Assembly: GCA_963803805.1 (NCBI GenBank)
Contig: CAWDOD010000002.1
Coordinates: 1,344,001-1,408,000 of the forward strand
Direction: 5' to 3'
Origin: an uncultured cyanobacterium
Lineage (GTDB): Bacteria > Cyanobacteriota > Cyanobacteriia > Cyanobacteriales > CAWCAG01
Length of the DNA: 64,000 nt
A model generated the notes under the pieces. The model worked only from the letters and a program-made list of their open reading frames with translations, was not told where the DNA came from and ran no database searches. Of the stretch, positions 42,959-53,100 are shown in pieces. Position 1 is the stretch's first letter, and every line of letters starts with the position of its first letter. Made by a program: the position numbers and the translations under genes.

Positions 42959-43428
42959 CTCGTTCCTCAAAAGAGATTCACTACTGGGATGCTTGTACTT
43001 TTTTAGCACTTCTTAAAAACGAACCGGATAAAATAAGTGAATGCACTTCTGTTTTGAAAGCTGCTCTAAATCAGCAGGTGATAATAGTTACTTCTGCATT
43101 GACTTTTATAGAAGTAGTAAAATTAGAAAAAGGTAAACCTAAACTACCTAAAGAAAATGAAGAGAAAATCAAGGCATTTTTTCAGCATGAGTGGATTTAT
43201 ATTTATGATGTAAATCGGAAAATTGGCGAGTTGGCGAGGGAATTAATGTGGCAGTATGAAGCATTAAAATGGAAGGATGCAACTCACGTAGCGACTGCAT
43301 CAATTGCAAAAGTAAATGTTCTAGATACATTTGATGATGGTTTGATAAAACTTTCTGGAAAGATTGGAGATCCACCACTAATTATCAAAAAACCTTTTTT
43401 TAAAACTCAATTAGAGCTATTTGAATAG
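42955..43428 (+). CDS. PIN-domain (VapC-like) ribonuclease
   Basis: YWDACTFL, TSALTFIEV, DATHVATA and TFDDGL carry the PIN acidic residues. Confidence 0.88.
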   Translation: MTRSSKEIHYWDACTFLALLKNEPDKISECTSVLKAALNQQVIIVTSALTFIEVVKLEKGKPKLPKENEEKIKAFFQHEWIYIYDVNRKIGELARELMWQYEALKWKDATHVATASIAKVNVLDTFDDGLIKLSGKIGDPPLIIKKPFFKTQLELFE

Positions 43429-43525
43429 ATTTTATTTTTTGTACAAAAAAGCAATAGCAATTTAATCAAAAATCTATAAAGTCAGAGCTTCTTATCATAG
43501 ACATTATTTATGTAAAAAGTTTGGT

Positions 43526-43833
43526 TCAATTATTGAGATTGATAAAGATTAAGTTAAGCATTTTAGCTTTCTTCTGGGCTTGAGCAATCATTCCAGGAGA
43601 AATATCAACACCAATAACCTTCCCTGTTTCACCAACTATTTTCGCTGCCGCGATCGCACAATGACCTGTTCCTGTAGCAATATCTAAAACTTGTTGCCCT
43701 GGCTTTACTTGTCCATATGCAACCAAACGATTAGCCAGGTTTAAATGCCAATCACTACTATCATATTTTCACTTCTCCCTGTATATAAATCTGCGATTTC
43801 TTGTTTGTAATTATGCAAATTAATTTTATTCAT
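43526..43833 (-). pseudogene. Truncated, frameshifted class I SAM-dependent methyltransferase (UbiE-like)
   Basis: ATG at 43833 gives MNKINLHNYKQEIADLYTGRSE; 1-nt frameshift near 43767; then VLDIATGTG...VIGVDISPGM; ends after about 100 codons. Confidence 0.85.
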
Positions 43834-43876
43834 TTACTAAAAAGGTTTAGCTTTAAAAGCCAAATTTTCTTATCAA

Positions 43877-45776
43877 TCATTCATGATAACGATCTAAGAA
43901 AATTCCCAATCCATTATGTACCCTCGCTGCTGTTGCAGGGGGACGATCAATAAGTTGATCTCCTAGTACTAATGAAGTTGAACTTCCTCCATCAAGATTA
44001 AGGGCATCAGTTGCCCCTAAACGCTGCATTAATTGCGCCATTTCTGTTAAAGTGGGGCTGCGATCGCCTACACGACGATGAACCGCAGCAATAATAATTT
44101 TGCCTTGAGAGGTTGTACCGATGGCACTGCGGGAAGCTTTTTGTGTATTAAAGGCTGCACTAAATTGTTCCCCTGCCCCGTTTAAAACAATTTGTTGATT
44201 ATTAACGAGTAAAGGCCCCTGCACCCAAGATGTTAGGATAGGATGCAAAGTCCCCAGGAATAGTATTGCTAGTAATATTAACCTGGGTTGCAACGGGTAA
44301 ATTAGCGGCGGCGGTTTTAAAAGATCGTAGGGCTAATAAATAACCATCTTCAGGAATAGCAAAAGCTTGACTACCTGCTTTCCCTGCCGGAATTTGCCCT
44401 GTAACCTGGTTATTCTGCACCATAACCATAATCTCATTATCACTAAGGGGACTATAACTAGCACCCCATTCCGGGCTGTAGAGGGAGACTCCAGCCTTGA
44501 TATAACCGCTATTTACGTGCTGGATAGGATAGCTTTGTCCGGTGGAAGTAGTTAGGGTGGATTGTAAAGTTAGGCGGCCAATTTTCACCCTACCTTGATT
44601 ATCCCAGGCGATCGCACCTCGATTTAAAATCGGGCCAGAAAACCACTGATTATCCTCACGAATTGCCCCTAATGGTAGCTTATTGTTGCGGTTAAAAAAG
44701 CCCCCATTAATAGCCGCAGAACTTCTTACCTGCCTTGCTGTGCTAACAATAGGATTAATACCTGTCATGCCATCATTTGGCCAAATTGGTTGCAAGGAAA
44801 TACCTGGGGTACTTAAATCTACTTCTAACCAAACCACCGGAAACTTACCTGTCGGCAGGTTAATAAATTGCTGTTGCCACCGTACTCCGGGACTCCAGAG
44901 AATATCTTTGGGGGTAAAAGTTTCCGGTTGAATATCAATAACTAAACGAGGAGGATTAGCTAGACTCGAAACATTTAACTCTTGCCCTGTGGGGACATCC
45001 ACTCGCAGGATGGCTTGATTATTAGATTGTTCTAAGGTAAAAACAGGAGGATCAGTAGGTTTATTACCTGCGGTTTCTGGTAAGGGTGCAAAGCGCTGCA
45101 ATAAGAGAGGATCAACACTACCTTGAATAGTTACCACCCCTTGACCAAGAACTTGCCAAGCTGTAGGCTTATCTAAGTTAAGGATGATTTGCTGTCCTTG
45201 CCCTTGAGAACGATAGCTGGCATTGCTAAGGCGGGAAGGAGCATAATTAATTTGCAGAGTATCCCCCACCACCTCCATTTGCCAACCAGCAGTTTGGGCA
45301 AAATCAGTAACATCAAGATAGCGATAGGGGCTGATTATTTGGGCATTGAGGGTAAAGGTTTGGGAAGCATTAGTCGGAAACCAAAGCACAGGCTGCAAAG
45401 CAGGATTGTTGGTACTCAACAACTCCATACCCAACATTTGCATCGCCCCAGTATCGCTGATACCAGTACGCATTGCGGCGGCGGTACTTCCTTGCCACTG
45501 ACTCCAAGCTACAGGCATTGTACGACCATTAATCGCAATTTGGCTACCTTGGCGCATTACTTGGACAGCAGGGAGATTATTTTGGGTAATTAAGGGAGTA
45601 AGGGTTGGAGTTTCTAAATTTGCTTGTTGAGGGGAAATAGTTTCGACAACAATATTTTCTTCTGGAGTATTAGCTGGAGATGGTAGAGGAAATAAAGAAT
45701 AGGCTAATGGTAGTAGGGCGAAGAGATAGAATTTCTTTTTGTTTAGGAAAAATGACACTTTAGTTTGACAACTCAT
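43877..45776 (-). pseudogene. Phosphodiester glycosidase (NAGPA/DUF2233) family protein with a single +1 frameshift
   Basis: AINGGFFNRN and GPILNRGA are in one frame; GPLL, RSAIG, ALNLDGGSS and VHNG are in the next. An extra base in the C4 run at 44216-44219 breaks GAGPLL. May be a sequencing error. Confidence 0.8.
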
Positions 45777-46248
45777 ATAAAATCCGTTTGAACAGTTACA
45801 GTTTGGTTTCTCTGAAGATAGTAAGAGATAGACAGTTTGTATAGTTTGCTTGTCTTCATTCAACAAATGAGGTTGATGATCCGGATTTTAGGTCATGATG
45901 TAACTCAAAAAAAATTACTTGCTATTAATAATTTATCAGGAATGGTGACGCTCAAATTGACCCATTTAGTTCCGTAACTATAGGAGTTGTATCTTAAATA
46001 TCTTTTTCCAAACTCTTGCCTTTTATTTGGTGTGAGCAGAAATTTATGTTATAATTATCTCATTAGAGATAAAAAATTAATCTCAGTTGAAAAAAATTAT
46101 TTTGTCGGAGGCGGGCTGGAAGCTTTCTTTTTGAAGCAGAGAAGGTAAACATTCAACCTGGAAAGAAATAAGTTGCGATCGCTCTGGATTAGCAAAGGGA
46201 ATCGGTGCGTTACGCCGGATAAACACTTTTTTATCTAACCCCTTGTTA

Positions 46249-47133
46249 TTAAGGTAAATTATCTTGGAGAAATTGAGTAAATAACTGAACCTTAGTAGAA
46301 AGATGACGATTTACAGGATAGATGACACAAAGAGTTAATTCTGGTGGTTGATATTCAGGCAAAATGACTTGCAATTTTCCTTGCTCTAATTCTTCCTTGA
46401 CAATAAAAGTTGGTAATATCACAATTCCCAAACCTTTTACGGCTGCATTCCTCAAGACTTCTCCATTATTAGCACAAAAAACGCCATCAATATAAACTCG
46501 TTCTTCTTTTTCTTTACCAATTAAATACCACTGACAACCTGTAGTTAAATAGCCGTAGTGTAAACAAGAATGGCTTTTTAATTCATGAGGATGGTTAGGA
46601 ATCCCCTGAGCTTTTAAGTAACTAGGTGCAGCGCAAATAACACGAGGGAATGTTGTTAAATGATGAGCTACTAAACTAGGCGATTTTACTGGTGAACCAA
46701 TGCGAAGAATCAGATCATAACCTTCCGCAAGAGGATCTACAAAACGATCTTCTAAGGTTAGTTGAATTTTAATTTCTTGATAGCGAGTCATAAATTCAGC
46801 TATCTTTGTACCTAAATAGGAAATACCAAAAGACATGGGAGCATTAATTTTCAGGGTTCCCTTCGGTTCATTGTGTTCCTGGGAAACAGCTAATTCTGCC
46901 TCTTCTAAGCTGCTAAGAATATCAATACAGCGTTCATAAAAAGCTCGTCCAGTATCTGTGGGTGTAACTTGGCGAGTTGTGCGATAAAGCAATTGTATTC
47001 CCAACTGATTTTCTAAATTAATCACCAACTTATTGACAGCAGATCGAGATAACTGCATTTTCCTAGCAGCAGCAGCAAAGCCACCTTCTTCAACTACTTG
47101 AGTAAAAGCACGCATACTCTCAAATTTATCCAT
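46249..47133 (-). CDS. LysR family transcriptional regulator (CrgA-like)
   Basis: F..VVE.GGF.AAA, LE..LG..L..RTTR HTH; divergent from pirin. Confidence 0.95.
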   Translation of the reverse strand: MDKFESMRAFTQVVEEGGFAAAARKMQLSRSAVNKLVINLENQLGIQLLYRTTRQVTPTDTGRAFYERCIDILSSLEEAELAVSQEHNEPKGTLKINAPMSFGISYLGTKIAEFMTRYQEIKIQLTLEDRFVDPLAEGYDLILRIGSPVKSPSLVAHHLTTFPRVICAAPSYLKAQGIPNHPHELKSHSCLHYGYLTTGCQWYLIGKEKEERVYIDGVFCANNGEVLRNAAVKGLGIVILPTFIVKEELEQGKLQVILPEYQPPELTLCVIYPVNRHLSTKVQLFTQFLQDNLP

Positions 47134-47249
47134 GATTGTAGCTATAAAAGAAACAATATGTCTTCAAAATAGCATATTGTCATTTCTAAAGAATCAACTC
47201 ATAATATAACTAAGAACAAAATCATTTTCAGACAAAGGAGAGGAACATT

Positions 47250-47951
47250 ATGATTACTGTTCGTCCCGCCGCAGCCAGGGGTAATGCTAAGTTTGATTGG
47301 CTTGATAGCAAGCATACTTTTTCCTTTGGTAATTATTACGATCCTAACCACATGGGATTTGCTAGCCTACGGGTGATTAATGAAGACAAGGTGCAACCAG
47401 TTAAAGGCTTCGGTACTCATAGCCACAAAGATATGGAGATTATCACCTATGTTTTAGAAGGAGAACTCGAACACAAAGATAGCATTGGCAACGGTTCGGT
47501 GATTCGTCCAGGCGATGTACAACGGATGTCGGCAGGGACTGGGATTGCCCACAGTGAGTTTAATGCTTCTGCTAGCGATCTCGTTCACTTATTGCAAATT
47601 TGGATTATGCCAAATCAAGCAGGCATAGAACCTAGCTATGAGCAGAAATACTTCCCTGTAGAGGAGAGACAAGGTAAGTTAAGATTAGTGGCTTCCCCTG
47701 ATGGTAAGGACAATTCAGTAATAATTCATCAGGATGCCCGTCTTTATGTTGCTACCTTAAATGATGGCGATCGCCTCAACCATAACACTAACAGCAAAAG
47801 GTCATTGTGGATACAAGTAGCTAAAGGTTCGGTAGAAACTAATGGCCAACCACTCAGGGCTGGTGATGGTGCTGCTATAACTGAAGAAAGCGATGTGGCG
47901 ATCGCAGCTACAACTGATAATACCGAAGTTCTACTTTTCGATTTAGCCTAG
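47250..47951 (+). CDS. Pirin family protein (YhhW-like)
   Basis: [32 protein letters not shown] and LQIWI.P. Confidence 0.95.
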   Translation: MITVRPAAARGNAKFDWLDSKHTFSFGNYYDPNHMGFASLRVINEDKVQPVKGFGTHSHKDMEIITYVLEGELEHKDSIGNGSVIRPGDVQRMSAGTGIAHSEFNASASDLVHLLQIWIMPNQAGIEPSYEQKYFPVEERQGKLRLVASPDGKDNSVIIHQDARLYVATLNDGDRLNHNTNSKRSLWIQVAKGSVETNGQPLRAGDGAAITEESDVAIAATTDNTEVLLFDLA

Positions 47952-47963
47952 AAAGAGCAAAAA

Positions 47964-48032
47964 GGCTAATGGCTAATGGCTAATGGCTAATGGCTAACGG
48001 CTAATAGCTAATAGCTAATGGCTAATAGCTAA
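47964..48032 (+). repeat. Heptamer tandem repeat (GGCTAAT/AGCTAAT), about 10 units
   Basis: ggctaatggctaatggctaatggctaatggctaacggctaatagctaatagctaatggctaatagctaa. Confidence 0.88.
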
Positions 48033-48058
48033 AATCTGATCAAATTTACTGGTAAAAA

Positions 48059-48727
48059 ATGAACACCGAAAATCAACCTCAGCCCCAACTAAGTCTTGAA
48101 GAAGCAATCCTCAATCGCCGTGCAGCCCGTGCTTTTCGTGCTGAGGCCATTCCTGATCATCTTCTAGAAGAAATTTTTCGTTTAGGCTTACAATCTCCCT
48201 CCGGTTACAATTTGCAACCCTGGAGATTTATTGTAGTTAAAGAACAGGCAAACAAAGATAAACTAAGAGCCTGCGCTTTTGATCAACCTCAAGTTTCCCA
48301 AGCCCCTGTCGTTTTAATTTGTTGTGGCGATCGCCGCATTAATAATACTGAATACATTGAAGAAGTCATTCAATTAGGAATCGCAGCAGGAGGAGTTAAT
48401 GACAAATACGCCGATTATATGCGCGGTGCAATTCCTCAACTATTTGCCAATCAACCTTGTTTTGAATCCTTAGAAGCTTGGACAAATCGCCATACCATGT
48501 TAGCAGTTGCTCATTTAATGATTGTGGCGAAGGCTTTTGGAGTAGATTCTTGCCCGATGGAAGGCTTTGTTACCGCCCAAGTCAAGGAAGCTTTTAATAT
48601 TCCTTCAGAGGTGGATGTTTGCTGTTTATTACCTTTAGGATATGCCGATGAACCCATCAAGAAATATGGCGGCAGATTTGCTGCTGAAAGAGTTTGTTAC
48701 AAAGAGACTTTTGGGGAAGGGTTGTAA
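48059..48727 (+). CDS. Nitroreductase family protein
   Basis: RRA.R.F, PSGYNLQPWRF.VV, G.DSCPMEGF and LPLGY. Confidence 0.93.
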   Translation: MNTENQPQPQLSLEEAILNRRAARAFRAEAIPDHLLEEIFRLGLQSPSGYNLQPWRFIVVKEQANKDKLRACAFDQPQVSQAPVVLICCGDRRINNTEYIEEVIQLGIAAGGVNDKYADYMRGAIPQLFANQPCFESLEAWTNRHTMLAVAHLMIVAKAFGVDSCPMEGFVTAQVKEAFNIPSEVDVCCLLPLGYADEPIKKYGGRFAAERVCYKETFGEGL

Positions 48728-48762
48728 CTAAGAAATAGCCAATTGCTAGTTACTATTTGCGT

Positions 48763-49098
48763 TTATTTGATAGCAAATTCTGTGGGGGGACGAACTTGGG
48801 GATGATGAAAACCTAAGACAATTTTTTGTTTAGGAATCCCTGCTGCTAGTAAATCACCAGCAATACCATCTTCAGTTCCATCCCGATGCAGCCAGATTTT
48901 ATCATCAACTATTTCTACATGAATCAAACAGCCATAAAATCTTTTATCATTTTGCCATCCTAATGTCAGTAACAGGTAGTTTTTCTCATCTTTACTAACA
49001 ATAAATTTTCTGCTTAAGTCTCCGTAGGAGTAAGGTATTTGAGCGTATTCTTCTAAAATGTTAGTGATAACTTCCTGGTAAGTTTTTAAAGTATCCAT
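48763..49098 (-). CDS. xisI: XisI family protein (no intact xisH adjacent)
   Basis: MD.L..Y, GW...R..GC.IH.EI...KIW...DGTE.GIA..L...GIPK..IVLGF. Confidence 0.92.
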   Translation of the reverse strand: MDTLKTYQEVITNILEEYAQIPYSYGDLSRKFIVSKDEKNYLLLTLGWQNDKRFYGCLIHVEIVDDKIWLHRDGTEDGIAGDLLAAGIPKQKIVLGFHHPQVRPPTEFAIK

Positions 49099-49155
49099 CT
49101 GCTCTTTCTAAATAAGTTATCTGAGAATAACTCTTTTTAATGGGTTGTATCTTCA

Positions 49156-49650
49156 CTATTCAATGATAAAGTCATCAGGATCATCCTCTCCAATAGGCTT
49201 AGGCTTTTCTAATATGTGATCAGGATGCGTGATGTGAATACCTTCTTTTGAGAGGAAATCCTTTGGGTTTAGTGTTAATAGACACTCAATATCATGAGCC
49301 TTCATCACAGCCATTAGTCGGATATCGTGAGTACGTTTTCCCTTTATATTATGGGCAGTAACCAATTGTTGCCAGTAAGTAAAAATCTCAGCATTATCTG
49401 GTAATAAGCTAAATTCAGATAGAAGTTGATCAATTTGTGCTTGAGTCTGTTCTGAAGACCACCCGAAACCGTTAACATCCATAGGACGTGTAGCAACTGC
49501 CCAGAATTCAATCAAAACTTGAGGAGTTAACAAACATTGATCTCCTCTACTAAGCAGTTCAAACACAGCATCAACAACTAGCGAATAGTGATCAGAGTCA
49601 GGATCACTTGCTCTCAAAATAATATTTGTGTCTAATAAGTATTGAGTCAT
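49156..49650 (-). CDS. PIN-domain toxin (VapC family)
   Basis: YLLDTNILL-like start, PQVL.EFW.VATRP, HD..L.A.M and LLT.N.KDF. Confidence 0.9.
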   Translation of the reverse strand: MTQYLLDTNIILRASDPDSDHYSLVVDAVFELLSRGDQCLLTPQVLIEFWAVATRPMDVNGFGWSSEQTQAQIDQLLSEFSLLPDNAEIFTYWQQLVTAHNIKGKRTHDIRLMAVMKAHDIECLLTLNPKDFLSKEGIHITHPDHILEKPKPIGEDDPDDFIIE

Positions 49651-49946
49651 TATTTATAGATTGTTTCTCTGCTAATAGCTTCATCTGATAATCCTGGACT
49701 AGGCTTCTGATGGCTTTCTGCCCATTTTTTCCAATTGCTAGCTTTTTTTTGAGGTGAAATAGGAGGACTTTCTGCCCACTTTTTCCATTTCGTAGCTTTT
49801 TCTTGAGGTGAAATGAGATGATTCTTTTCCTCTTCTTCTTGGGGAATTAGTTGTTGCTTGAGAAATTCTGCAAATTCTAGTAAGAGTTTCTGTTTTTCAG
49901 GAGGTAATATTTGCAAATAGTTGAGAATTGCTTGTTCTACTTTCAT
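49650..49946 (-). CDS. Antitoxin (DUF2281-like) of the VapBC pair
   Basis: LP.EKQ..LL.F.EFL N-terminus and LSDEAISRE.IY C-terminus; its stop overlaps the toxin ATG by 1 nt. Confidence 0.82.
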   Translation of the reverse strand: MKVEQAILNYLQILPPEKQKLLLEFAEFLKQQLIPQEEEEKNHLISPQEKATKWKKWAESPPISPQKKASNWKKWAESHQKPSPGLSDEAISRETIYK

Positions 49947-50054
49947 CGTTCTTCCTTATCCTTATCCCCTTAACTGTAATATCTTTAGCTTTTATAGAAT
50001 GTGAGCAACTAGAAATCCGGCGATCGCCTATTGCTGTGTTTACCAAAACTTATT

Positions 50055-50086
50055 TTAGTGATAACTTCTTGGTAAGTATTTAAAGT
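50055..50086 (-). repeat. 32-bp copy of the xisI 5' end
   Basis: ttagtgataacttcttggtaagtatttaaagt versus 49061-49092 ttagtgataacttcctggtaagtttttaaagt (2 mismatches). Confidence 0.8.
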
Positions 50087-50178
50087 CTAAGTACAGCTTA
50101 AGAGAATTACTATATTGTAATATTGGTAGCATAGCTATTGTAGGAAAGATAATACCCCAATCTAAATAACAAACTGCC

Positions 50179-53100
50179 ATGCAGGAAGCAGATAAACAGC
50201 GCGTCCGGACATTCTTAGATAAGTGGCAAGATTCAGAAGGAAACGAACGGGCTAATTATCAAACCTTCTTCGGTGACTTGTGTCTTGCTTTAGGGGTTGA
50301 AGCGCCCCCACCTAAAGGTAGTGTTCCTGGTGATCCTTACTGTTTTGATAAGGATATTAAGTTTTACAGTGAGAAGGTTGAATCAACAAGGTTTGCAGAT
50401 TTTTATAAGGAAGGTCACTTTCTGATTGAAGCAAAACAGGGCAGCATTCAATCTAGTAAAGGCCATGGTAAGCGAGGAACAAAAAGCTATACAGATGCAA
50501 TGCAAAAGGCTTTTAACCAAGCCAGATCCTACGCCTATAATCGGATGCTGCCATCTCTGCCCCCGTTTTTAATTACCTGTGATATTGGTTCTCATTTTGA
50601 AGTTTGGTCAGGGTTTAGCGGGGAATATGGTAGTTATGGGGCCAGGCAAAGGGTTAATTTAGTAGATTTACAGCAACCGGAAACCTTTGACCGTTTTGTG
50701 AAGATTTTTACTGATCCTCAAGCCCTGAATCCAGAAAAGTATCGGGCGCGGGTAACAAGGGAGGTTGCAGCAGAGTTAGCTAAGTTATCCCGGTGGTTAG
50801 AAGAAAAGGGAAAGGAACCCCAAGAAACCGCTAGCTTTTTGATGCGTTGCATCTTCACCATGTTTGCTGAGGATGTGGAGTTGTTGAAAGGGGAAGTATT
50901 TACTAAAGCACTGCGCGATCGCTGGATTCCTAACCCCCAAACTTTCAAGCCAGAAATTGAGTCCCTTTGGCAAACCATGAATACCGGAGGCAGTTTTGGC
51001 TTTGAGCAGGTTTTACGGTTCAATGGGAGCTTTTTTGAGGAAGCAAAGGCTTTTGAGTTGCCCACCGAGCAGCTAGAGGTGTTATACGCCGCCGCAGCCA
51101 AGGATTGGAGTCAGGTAGAACCCGCCATTTTCGGGACTTTGTTAGAACGAGCTTTAAATAAAAAAGAACGGAGTCGCTTGGGGGCCCATTATACCCCTCG
51201 TTCCTATGTAGAAAGGTTAGTACGTCCGGTGGTGATGGAACCTTTGCGTCAGGAGTGGGATGAGATTGAGTTGGAAATTAAGCGGTTATTAGAGCAAGAA
51301 AAGGCAACTCAACAAAAGAAAGCAGAGGAGGAGATTCGGGGCTTTTTGGCTAAGCTGCGGAGTATCAAGATTCTTGATCCGGCTTGCGGTACGGGGAATT
51401 TTCTTTATGTTTCTTTGGATTTGCTTAAAGGATTGGAACAGGAAGTTAGTAAACGCCTAGTAGATGTGGTGGGAGAGGTACAGTTAAATGTCTTGGAACA
51501 AATTAACCCTTCCCAATTTTTAGGCATTGAGATAAATCCCAGGGCAGCGGCGATCGCCGAGTTAGTTATTTGGATTGGTTATTTACAGTGGTATTTTAAG
51601 CGTTATGGCAATTCTGCCCCACCGGAACCAGTTTTGCAGGCGTTTAACAATATTGAATGTCGCGATGCAGTGTTAGCTTATGATGGCAAGGAAGCGGATG
51701 TTGACCCCAAAACCGGGAAGGTGAGGACTCGTTGGGGTGGCAAGATGATGAAGCATCCAGTAACGGGGGAAGATGTTCCTGATCCAGATGATCAGGTGGT
51801 GATTTATAAGTATTTGAATGCAAGGCAGGCAGAGTGGCCAAAGGCTGATTATGTGGTTTCTAATCCTCCTTTTGTGGGTAAGCTTTATATGCTAGAAAGG
51901 CTAGGAGAAGACTATGTTCTTTCCCTGCGCAAGGCATACAAAGGAATAGTCTCAGATGGAGCCGACTTTGTTATGTATTGGTGGTCTAAGGCCTCCCAAA
52001 TTACCAGTAGAGAAAAGTTAAAATGCTTCGGATTTATTACGACAAATAGTATTGTTCAGACATTTAACAGAAAAGTTATCAAGGCATTTTTGACATCTAA
52101 ACAAGCTGCCAGTATTTCTTTTGCTGTTCCAGACCATCCTTGGGTAGATTCGGAAAGTGCCGCAGCAGTTAGGATATCAATGACAGCAGGTAAAAGAGGT
52201 CTACTTGATGGAGAACTTCATAAATTAGTCACAGAAGAAGCTAATGAAGACGATTTACCGATGTTGAGCTTTGAAGTTATTAGAGGAAGAATATATGAAG
52301 ACCTTAGAGTAGGAGCAGATTTATTGTCTACTAGTTCCCTGAAGGCAAATTCAATGATTTCAGGCACTGGACTAATACCTGGCAGCAGAGGATTTATTAT
52401 TACAGACTCTAGAAGAAAAGAATTGATAGGCAACAAAGAAGATCATGAGTTGATTATGCCACTACGAAATGGTCGAGATATCACTGACTCTCCCCGCAAC
52501 GTGTTCGTTATAGATACCTATAACTGGACTGAAGATGCTCTAAGAACTTTAGCACCCTCTATATATCAACATTTGTTAAACTACGTTTATCCAGACCGAG
52601 TCACAAATCGAGATTTACGTCTAAGACAGTATTGGTGGTTGTTTAGACGTAGCAATGAGAAGGTAAGAAATGCTATTGCTAGTTTGAGTAGGTATATAGT
52701 TACACCAGAAACAGCGAAACATAGAGTTTTTGTCTTTCTCAATGGAAATATTAAACCAGAACATAGATTAGTAGTAACGGCTACTGAAGATGCTTTTATA
52801 CTTACAGTTCTATCCAGCAAGATACACATCAAATGGGCTTTAGCTATTGGCGGAACACTAGAGGATAGACCTGTTTATAACAAGTCACATTGCTTTGATA
52901 AATTCCCCTTCCCAGATCCAACCCCCGAACAAAAACAAAAAATCCGCCAACTAGGAGAAAGACTCGACAATCACCGCAAACAAGTCCAGGCAACCCATCC
53001 CGATATAACCATCACCGGAATGTACAACCTCCTAGAAAAACTCCGGGCCGGGGAAACCTTCACCAAAAAAGACCAAGAATACAACAACAAAGCCCTCGTC

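Noticed and set aside
49099-49155. xisH remnant upstream of xisI
   Set aside because: Only about 10 codons (YNPLKRVILR) loosely resemble an XisH C-terminus, which is too short to support.
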